DNA of 44,110 nucleotides, taken from the NCBI GenBank assembly GCA_001724245.1, contig MEDX01000074.1:1-44110 (forward strand), read 5' to 3'. The translations under genes and the position numbers were made by a program. Shown piece after piece: positions 32,749-42,313 of this stretch; position 1 is the stretch's first letter; each line of letters begins with the position of its first letter. This DNA is from Fonticula-like sp. SCN 57-25. Lineage: Eukaryota. The notes beneath the pieces were generated by a model, which did not search any database, was not told where the DNA came from, and saw only the letters and a program-made list of their open reading frames with translations.

Positions 32749-33812
32749 TTACTTTTTGGTCGAACCAAACTTGGCCCTGTACGCTGCGAGGCGAGCCTTA
32801 AAGTCGGGTGCCTCGACGAGATCCCACATCTCAACTGCGACGGGGTCCCTACGTGCGCCCAATAGATAAGCAAAACGTTACTTTACAATAGAAACATACC
32901 GAATTTTGGGCATGAGGTCGAGCAGCCCATGGCGCAGGTACTTGACGGTCAGGCGCTGGGCGGCAGGGTCACGAGAGAGGGCCTCGTCGAGGACTCCGAG
33001 CGAACGCGGCAGCACCTATTCACGGCCGCCGCGGCATAATTAGCATACACATTCAAACATGCATTTCTAATAAGACAAACCATTTCTTCGTCGGCAGTGA
33101 TCTCGTCCACAAGGTTGATCGCCTTGGCGTCCTGGGGCGACACCTGCAACCCGAGCGGCAGCATGCGCTCGGCATGGTAGTGACCCACAACTTCGGCAAA
33201 GCGCAGGGCCACCCACTGCGGAACGGCAAGTCCGAGCGCCACTTCGTTCAGCCCAAGCTGGTACTTGGCCGGGCTCTACCGATCGCGTGAGCATCCGAGT
33301 ATCGAGGAACTTTCCTTCGTACAGCTACGCGATAGTTGCAGCTCAGGGCAAGGACCGTGCCGCCGGCCGGAGCATGGCCACGGATCGCGGCAACAGACAC
33401 AAGAGGGGAGGAGTAGAGAGTGTAGAAGACCTCAAAGATGTTGTCAAAAAAGGCCGTAAACTCGTCCTTCGGGCGATCAAACATGTCGAGATCGATGCCG
33501 ACACTGAAAAACTTGGGGATCGAGCCTAGCAAATATTGGTCAAACCGGTTCAGGGCCACAAATTAGCGCACTGGCGAGAACGAGGCCGCGGACAGTCGGG
33601 TCCGCCTCGAGCTCCTTGATGGCCGCCTGGATGTCAAGCACGAGCTCCGAGTTGAGCGCGTTCGCCTTGGGGCGATTCATGTTGATCACGCCCGCATAGG
33701 CGCCGGAGAGCGGGAGCAAATGACGCTCAACAGAAACCGTCGACAGTCCGCGACGCGCAAAGGCGCCCACCGTGCTTTGCAGCGACCGACTGGTAAAACC
33801 CCGCAGCATCAT
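32749..33812 (-). CDS. ECI1: Enoyl-CoA delta-isomerase 1 (crotonase family), mitochondrial
   Basis: Arg-rich presequence, MNRPKANAL, FSVGIDL, AAIRGHAPAGG, GLNEVALG and AINLVDE. Four introns. Confidence 0.85.
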
Positions 33813-33857
33813 CCCCTCGTCTCGACCCTTGACAGCTTTGCTGAAGTGTTTTGGCCT

Positions 33858-33906
33858 GATTCAGGGGCAGATTTCAGTTTCCTAGACCCGATTCAGGGGT
33901 AGATTT
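33858..33906. promoter_or_regulatory. Direct repeat GATTCAGGGGYAGATTT x2 in the ECI1/gadkin-like divergent promoter
   Basis: Copies at 33858-33874 and 33890-33906 (16/17 identical). Confidence 0.6.
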
Positions 33907-33956
33907 TGGTTACGTGGCCGGGGGAACCAGTTCGACGCACCACGACAACAATCACC

Positions 33957-34636
33957 ATGGCCGCCCTCGGGAGGTTTCTCTCTGCGTTTTCGAGGTGTTG
34001 CTCTAGGAGATACGAGGACGACGAAGACTTGCGCGTGCGCACTTTCCTCATCTCAATGGCATCACTAACAGGCGGCTTTTAAAGAATCTCGAGTTTACAA
34101 ATCTCTTGCTGGACGACGAAGACGACGAGGCATCCATCACTGACGGCCAGCTCCATGGCCTCACTGCCGCCGTCCAGCAGCAGGTGCGACGACACGCTTT
34201 ATCTCTTCTTTTTCCCGCACCCTTGTGCTCTACTGTAAACATGTACTTACTGGCCGATCTGCTATAGATCCGACTTTCAGAGGCTCAGGAGCTGCAGCGG
34301 CGGCTCGAGCAGGCGGACGAAGAGCAGCAGGCGGAGGTCCAGCGCGACGATATCCTCAATAGATCGCTGCGGGCGTCCACAGCTCCGTCAGCCGCAGCGC
34401 TTCCTGCGAAGCGTTTTGAGCTTAGTGAAGATCTGGAGAGCCAAGTTGACGCCATCTTGAACGAGACGCCAGGGCGCGCCGAGCGCAGCATGTTTGGCGA
34501 TGCTTATGACACCTCGTTTGCAAGGGAGCCGATGGACGACTTTGATCTGGGAGACATTGACGATGAACTGGACGCGCTGGATCTGTCGGCATACGATCAC
34601 GCCTACGTGCCGCCATCGAGCAAGGAGACGAAATAG
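33957..34636 (+). CDS. Small acidic/coiled-coil protein, possibly AP1AR (gadkin)-like
   Basis: Three exons give MAALGRFLSAFSRCCSRRYEDDEDLRNLEFTNLLLDDEDDE...ELQRRLEQADEEQQ...MDDFDLGDIDDELD. The gene is absent from the ORF track and was reconstructed from GT-AG introns at ~34035-34084 and ~34184-34267. Confidence 0.6.
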
Positions 34637-34807
34637 ACTGTGCAGTTTTTGTTGTTTGATCTCGCCCGTGTACGATACGAACCCGACGTATAATTATTTA
34701 CGCACAAAAGAAATGAATTCGCAACTATTATTAATGCTCTTTCCCCCTTCATTTCATTGCCAAACAATGCAAGAATTTTCCAAAACAGCGGCGCTGCTGG
34801 CCGTGCC

Positions 34808-36703
34808 TCAATCGGCCCTCAAGTCGTACACGTGCGCGCACCCGTCGTCGCCGCAAGAAATGTACACGGGCCTCGACTTGTGGAACAAAACATCGCGCAC
34901 CTCGCGGTCCTCGTGGCTCTTGAGGACGGTGGCGACGGTGCCGTCCACGAGGTTGAAGAGGAAGACGCGGCCGTCCACGGTGGGCGCAGCGAGGACGCGG
35001 CCATTCGAGGCGATCTTGATCAGCCACGAGTTGGAGTGATACTCTTCCGACAAGTAGCGCCGCATGTCCTCGAGCTCAAACAGCCCATCGTCCGCCTTTG
35101 GCAGCGTCAGCTTGTGCAGCGTACACGAATTGGATTGCGAAACTGGAGGGGCAGGTTAGTTTTTTGAGGCGCAGTTGATTGTCGCGCGTACTCTTTGCCT
35201 CGTCGCCTTCGCCCTCGATCAGCTCGACGCCGCGCGACAGCACATAAAGCGCCCCCTCAAGCGCGGGCAAAACTGGCGACTGGAGAAGGCAGACATAGTC
35301 ACAGTACGACGAGTACGGCGTGTCAAACGTTTGCAGCAGCTGCCGCGGCGACAGAGTGAGTCACTTGAACAGAGAAAACCGCCTAAATTGCGCACCATAG
35401 TCTGCTCAAAATCAAAGAGGCGAATGGTGTGGTCGCACGACGCGACAAAATACTTGTTGGCCGTGCCCGGAATGAAGCACGCGTTAAAGGCCATGCAGGT
35501 GATGTTGTCGGTGAAGCGGACCCACGTTGTGCACGTCAGCCAGTCGTCAGACATGGCCCAGCGGATGATGTAGCCGTCCTGGCTGGTACTCAAAAGGTAG
35601 TTTTGGCCATTGAATTCGACGCGCTGGACGGACAAAACCTCTTCTTCGTGCCCCGAAAGTGTCTGCAAAACCTTGCCGGTAGTCGTATCAAACAGCTGCG
35701 TCGCAGGCCGCGTTAGTGGAAATCGCAGCCAACAACGTCCTGCGCGTACCTTGAGTGACGTCGGCATAATGTGATTGTCATTGTCCTCGAGCGACCACCG
35801 CTTGCGGTCCTTGCGCTTGCCAGCCACCACGAGGTACTGGCCGTCGCGCAAAAAGTCGCCGCAGTAAAACTCGTCAATGTTGGGCTCGTCCAGGTCGCGC
35901 AGGCACGTAAGCATTTCCCACGTGCGCGTGTCCCACAGCTTCACCTCGCCGTACGAGCTGAACGTGGCCAGCATCTCGCCGTCGTCAGAGAGGCGCATGC
36001 ACAGGATGGCGCCGCTGCTTCGTAGCGTCGCGACAGGATGCGACACGTTGGCGTCGGAAAACGAAATTTCGGGGAACGCTATCAACTCTTCCTTCTTGCT
36101 CTTGGCAACCAGCGCAGCAATATGACCGGCGTTCCAAGTCGACTTGTTGGTGGGCTCGGAGTCGGCCTTGGCGGCGGCAGCGGCCGGCGCCTTCTTCTTG
36201 GGCGACCGCTTTGGCGTTGGTGCGGCCTCGCCCTCCCCTTCGGGTGCGCCTTCCGCCTTGTCAGCGCGCTTCGCAGCAGCGCCACCACTGCTCTTGCGAG
36301 CCCGCGGCTTTGCCTTGGGTTTCTCCTCCGCCGGCTGCCCGTCAGCACTCGCGGCCGCTCCCTCCTCGCCATCTTCCGTCTTGCCCTTCTTGGGCGAGCG
36401 AGGCTTGGCAGGCGATCTTGGCTTTGACGGCGACTTTGACGGTGACTTTGAAGGAGACTTTGTTGGCGACGTCGCCGGCGCCGAGTCCACGTCCATCGAG
36501 TCCGCATCGGTGGCGGCAGACGATTCGGCGGCGGGTTGCTTGGCCTTGGCGGGCCGCTTCCGCTTGGGCGGCGACGGCGGCGCCGCGGCCGCAACAGCGT
36601 CCACCTCCATGGCGTCGTTCGTGCTAACCTGTATCAAGTCGCCCTCCTGCGGAGCCGCAGTTGCCGGCTCAGCCTCGGCCGCCTTTCCCTTTCGCGGCGG
36701 CAT
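34808..36703 (-). CDS. WD40-repeat protein with a long Lys/Ala/Pro-rich N-terminal tail
   Basis: LATFSSYGEVKLWD, LSGHEEEV, LLSTSQDGYIIRW, VASCDHTIRLFD and ISCGDDGCAHVY. Three introns. Confidence 0.85.
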
Positions 36704-36829
36704 CGATTGCAAAAACGCTGCTGACTGTCAAGCGTCGAGTTTGGAGCGGATTTCGTTGATAGCCGTTACGATCCTCGATTTGGCGCGCTTTTGACAGGTC
36801 GCGAATTGGAGGACCGACGCGCTGCCAAG

Positions 36830-38058
36830 ATGGAGTCGGACCCGCAGCGCCTCGAGGACCTCGCAGCGACGTACCGCCAAATTCAGACGGAAATTGTGCG
36901 GGTTTATAAAGCGATGTGGGGTGTTTGGCTTACTTTTTCGCGCTAGTCGAGCACGGGCCTCACGACCGCGATGCCCGAGGTCGACCGCGAGGCGATCCAC
37001 CGCGACAATGAAGGGAGGAGAAAGCTGGCAGCAGAAGTGGACTTTTTGACAGCGGAGGTAAGCGCGCTGGAGGCGCAGCTTCAGCTGGAGGCGGATCAGT
37101 CGGTTTCGGCCGATCAGGCGCGACAGGCAATGTACGTGAGCCGACCCCTATGATCTTTTGCTCATCCTTGGCCGCAAGGGACGCGCTGCTGGAAGAGAGC
37201 GACAGGAACTTTCTTGCCAGCCTTGCGAACGAGGAGGACGACGACATCGAAACGAATTTTAATATCCTACTAAAAGTACGTGTTGGTGCTCCTTGCATAG
37301 TATCTTTGTGCTTACGCACTACTTTCTCCAGGCTCAGTCGGACACATCGCTGGCCAACATCACCTTCTTGTCAAAGTCGGTTGAGCGCGCAGTCGTGCGG
37401 GGCGCCCGTACGTCCATCAATATCCCAATTGTAGACACTTATTTTTGTGCTTGCAGCCGTGCGCCAGTATTCGTTCACCGGCGTCTGCTTTGGCGTCTAC
37501 TTTTCACTCTTGATCGGGGTCGACGACAAATCGCTGAGCGTGACCGAGCTCGTTGCGCGCGTCAGCCCGGACGCCGCGCACGAGCTGGATGCGTTCATTC
37601 AGTATGTGCAGACCGAATACGCTTTGCTCCCGTTTTTCCGCGGCTTTTCGAGATACTGCCGCCTCCGACAGGCGCGCATGGACCTGTTCCGGACCCTTCT
37701 TCAGGACTACCCAGACCATACGTCGCTCGGCGCGCAGCCGCTTGAGCTTTCCCGGCGCATCACAATTGGGCGCAGGCGCGGCGCTGTGCGGGACGCCATC
37801 CAGGTGGAGCTTTTGTGGCTGCTCGAGGCGCAGCAAGACGGGACAGTAAAGTCGCGGGTATCACTCGTTGTGTCTCCCCTACGTAAAGGTACGGCACGTT
37901 ATGAATTGTGGCAAGGCTGACGCACTGTCGCAGTTACGAATAGCGATGATAGAGCGCTGCTCGAGTCACTCACGAGCAAATTTGCGTCAGCGGTGCAGCT
38001 GCGTGGGCTCGTGCGCGCGGCCGACGACGTCTGCCGGGTCATCTGCGGCTACAACTGA
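36830..38058 (+). CDS. CENPP: Centromere protein P (Ctf19) homolog
   Basis: N-terminal coiled coil, then RQYSFTGVCFGVYFSL, ELDAFIQYV, LLPFFRGFSRY, LFRTLLQDYPD and ELLWLLE...DGTV, matching the CENP-P double-RWD pattern. Five introns. Confidence 0.75.
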
Positions 38059-38136
38059 GGGATTTTGTATAATACATTGTTTAGATTATTACCAATAATA
38101 CACAGCATTGAACTGAAATATCCTATCAAAAACCGG

Positions 38137-40907
38137 CTACCAGTGCTTGGACGGCCTATGGAGCCCTTCCCGCGCCTCGAAAATGGTACGGCTGAACGAG
38201 CTAAACATATTCCCTACAAACAGTTTCGCTCCCTATGACCGTGTCAGTTTTCAATCAGGTCAATCATATGCACGCACCAGGGCAACCTGCTGATCAAAGA
38301 GCGACAGCTCGATCGGGTCAAAGTCGTTTCGCGCGAGCGACTCGCGGCCGAGCACGTCGGTGATGAGACGCACGTCAAACACCTTGCCCAGCTTGCCGAG
38401 GTCGTACTGCGAGTCCACTCCCGACGGCGCCGCGCTGTGAATGTCGGTGAGCACGTACACGACGCTGTCGGCTGCGATGCCGGCCTGCTCCATGACGGTG
38501 AGCATGTGCGCCACGGTAGGGAGGCAGCGCGCGCGCCGCGACGGGTCCTGCACCGTACTGCACTTGATGTGGTAGTCCTGGCCGTACCGGACGTGCACGG
38601 CGTAGTAACCGCCCGAGCCGCCGATCTGGATGTGCGCGGCGGCGCGCGCGAGCGACCGAAGCGGATCAATGGGTCGTATTTTAGTGGCAATGCTCGCGTA
38701 GAGAGCGCTAAGAGGCAGTTAAATGTGCGTTCATACAGACTCTTGTCGTGTGCGCACTTGTCCATCATGCTCTCAAATTCGGTGAAGGCTCGACTAAAGT
38801 TTTTGTGACCAAAATCTGTGCTCCAGAAAAGGACGCTCAGCGGCAGCACGCGCGCCGTGACTGGCCCTAGAGCCTTTTTGATTTTTGCAAACGGCATCAA
38901 GTACATCTTTTGCAGCACGCCGACATTGTCATACTATCGGTGCGCGCGGTGTGAGAACGGGCGCCGAAAATCGCGTCAGACGGTACCGATAGCCGCAGGA
39001 TCTTGTCATAGTACGCCTCGGTGCTTGATAGCGGCGAGTGCGTGTACAGCGGGTTGTGCATCAGGGTGTCAAGGTGCTCGTGCCCCATGCGGGCATAGAA
39101 CGCGGCGTACGGCACAGTGCGGCAGGGCAGGTGGCTCAGGGCGCCCACGTCAAAGTAGTCCTCGCTCGGCGACCAGTGGTAGTCCATCACATTGAACGTG
39201 TAGTTCCAGTCGCCTGATACACAAACAGCCATCCGTAAACAATCAATAAACATCAAGTAACAAGGATGCGCGCACCGCCAGCGACGCGGTATCCAACAAA
39301 AGGCAGGACGAGCACGCGATTCAGCAGGATGGACATTGCGCAGGCGCACCTAAGAGCTATCAGCTGGTTGTTGAGCTACAGAGTAGGCGTTAGGGGCAGC
39401 CGCATTCGGCGTCTGTGCGTACCTGCTCCCACGGCGTGTATACAAGGAACCGCGACGCTGCCCAGTTGATCGGCTGCTTGCTGGCGGGCGCAATGCCCGA
39501 CTGGCGGTCGCCCTCGAGCACCGCCTCGGAAGGGTCCGGCCGATGGATCGCGAAATCAAGGCGGGAAAGTACGCGGGAATGGTCGAGAAACACACCGAGA
39601 CCGGTGCGCGGGGGCTGCCTGTTGATATCATCGGTCCATACACCTGCAAACATGGCTTCATATCTGGAAAGACAAGCAAAAATGAGTGAATGCTGACATG
39701 AGCTATGCGAATCGGACCTAATGTTCCATGCATCCCACGCAAGGCTGGCCGCCGAGCTCGGTGCGTCACCGAGTACTTCAACGACAGCCGACCCGCTCGG
39801 AAGGAAAAGGGCCAAGTCCCAAAACTCGCGCGTCGTATGCAACGCGTTCTTGTCCAGTGCGTCGATGACGAGCACGTCGATGGTGGGCAGCATATCCTGC
39901 AGGTCGGCGGGGCGCGTAATATGAATGATGCGCTTCGGGGTGTCGTCCGTGTCGACGGCCAGCTCACGCCAGCCGACAACGGCAGCTTTATTGAATCCAT
40001 GCTCGCAGAGCGACTCGCTTGAGATGGTCGACTGCCAAAATGCGGCCGCATTGGCCCCGCGGCCGACTTCGACCTCACAGTCGGATGACCATTCGCCGCT
40101 GCCGAGGCGGTCCAGGCACTTTGACGTCTGTGCGATGCACGGCCACCGCGCAACGGCGTTCTCAAGCGTCTCCGAGAAAGACGCAATGACGACGATCAGC
40201 GGCTGGACCGGGTCGCGCGCCGTTCGAGCGCCGGCTGCAGCCCGCGCGTCATCAACGATAGCATGCGGCGAGTCATGAAGACGAAGCCCAACAGGGACAC
40301 CGCTATGGGGCCGCACGCGTACTAGTCGTGACGTAGAGTACAAGCTGTAAAACGAACAGGGTTAGAATATGACTTGTCGGCCAGTGTTTCCGTACGCGCA
40401 ATGCCCAAAGTCAACTACGCTGAGGTCAACATCCGGTAGGATCTTGAAGATCATCGGGAGCGCAGTCTCTATAGCCTTTTGAGCAGGTCTATGCGACGTG
40501 GCAACATGCCAGCACTTTGCTGGTGATGCAGCTTTGATCTGCTCAGAGATCAACAGGGAAGCGGCGCCTACCGTCAGCACCCCATCAGCAGAGGGTATGC
40601 TGGAGATCTCGATCCACAATAGTGCGCAGCCGCTCTTGTCCGGGCTCACAGGCCCATCGTCAACAAGATATCGCGTGCCGCACGATATCACGTTGGGGGC
40701 GTCGCATGCTTCGTGGGCGAGCCACCCGGGACTTTGTAGGGGGCACTCTACATCGTCGGCCGCGCGGCTGGGGCGAACCTCGGCATTGGCATCGCGATAA
40801 GCAAGCGAGTACGCATCTCCGTCGTCCGGCGACATGTATCTAATTAAACATACAAGACATACAACGAGCACCAGGAGCAGCGGTGACTGTCGCCGGCACC
40901 GTCGCAT
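38137..40907 (-). CDS. Type II membrane glycosyltransferase: GT61-like region plus O-fucosyltransferase (POFUT-like) domain
   Basis: N-terminal TM segment, IDVLV...ALFLPSGSAVVEV, then FLVYTPWEQLNNQLIAL...LNRVLVLP, YYAVHVRYG, VYVLTD and FVGNMFSSFS. Seven introns. Confidence 0.78.
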
Positions 40908-41351
40908 CCTGAAGCGCGCCTCCTTTTCCGCCGACGATCACCTTTCAATCTGCCAAACAGGAATGCTGATGTCACGATTTCGGTTCCTGTTCGAATCGGA
41001 TCGAATGGTTCAAACAACACGAAAGGTCCGCGGAACTGGTCCATAGATACACGCAATAATATCAAAATTTTACTCGGTAAATATGCTAAAGTTGGTCTTA
41101 CATGCCCTGGTAGTATGGCTCTACAAGCGGTTCCTACGCGTTCTACACCTCGTTCCCTTTCGCGCTAAAATCCTGGCGAGCAATTGCCTCACGAACACAC
41201 AGCATTCCACAAAGGAGAAAGCGCGCTTGGCATATCAGCCAAACTTATTCATGACGAGTCTTTAAGTCTGCCAGTAAGCGCCATGGATAACAAACCAGCC
41301 AAGGAAAGAACAAAACGTTTTGTAAAAAGTCTAATTAATATGTGAATACAA

Positions 41352-41996
41352 CTAAGCCGTGCTGGTTGTGGCCGTGGGCGGCGGCACAGCCTTGCGTCTA
41401 GGAAGATGGCTCGTGTCGATGCTCTCCATGTGGTCGCGCACGCTGCTCAGGTCCGACTGGAAAGATCGTACATGGAAGAAAAAGTCATTCGCATTCTTCT
41501 CGGCGCGCGAAAGGCTCTGCGACACCTGCGACATTCCCCGGTTGATACTGCGCACAAGGAATAAACTCCGCTGGTCAAGCGTGCGCGCAAGCGCTTCATT
41601 CTTGTCACCTGAAAGTCGATCGTCTCGTTAGAAAACGCTACCGATATTTGTTCCGAGCGTACGAAGCTTCTTCTGGCGCGCTGATTGCCTCAGAGGCTCC
41701 TTTTCCTTATCCATAGATCCCAACCTCTGTGTGATGCTTCCAGCTCCAGTCACCGAATTTGGTACCGACCCGCTGGCGGTGTCGGCCATCTCTTCGCCCT
41801 CTTCCTCGTCCTCCTCGCTCTCCTCGCCCGCCACGACGCGACGCTTGCTCGACTTGGTGTCATCCGACTTTTGTGAGGTGAGCGAGCGCACTTCCGCATC
41901 CTTTGCCACCGGAGCCGGCTGGGGAACCTCAACCTCGTCCTCTTCCTCTTCCTCTCCCGCGACAATCTTGCGGTTCCGCGCGCCCTCTGCCGCCAT
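41352..41996 (-). CDS. BLOC1S3: BLOC-1 subunit 3-like protein
   Basis: Duplicated IVAGEEEEEDE/VVAGEESEEDEE motif, characteristic of BLOC1S3, then QKKLRDKNEAL and a coiled coil. One intron at ~41609-41661. Confidence 0.7.
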
Positions 41997-42313
41997 TCCC
42001 AGTGTTGTGTGGTGTGGAAGGAAAATCAGCAAACTGCAAAACAAATAAGCAAACCGCAAACTAGATTTGGCACGGGGCCCTCGGATATTCAGCGCCCACG
42101 TGGATGGCGCGATCTTTGACCCAAAGGGACTCGTCAAAGCCAGCATTGTCAGCGTTAGCAAGCAGCGCGCAGCGCGAGAATCAACTGGCTGTTCACGGGA
42201 ATCGTCTGCTTTTTACCGATTGTGTAGGAATCGCATCTTGTTGTGTCGAGATCGGACCGGTGTAGCCCTACACACGCCTGCGTTTTCCGAGATCATCGAT
42301 CGCATCCTGATGC

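Noticed and set aside
321..41996. Stop-codon reassignment or frameshifting as the cause of the fragmented ORFs
   Set aside because: Every interruption I traced in conserved genes is resolved by a canonical GT-AG intron, and TAA, TAG and TGA all occur as true stops.
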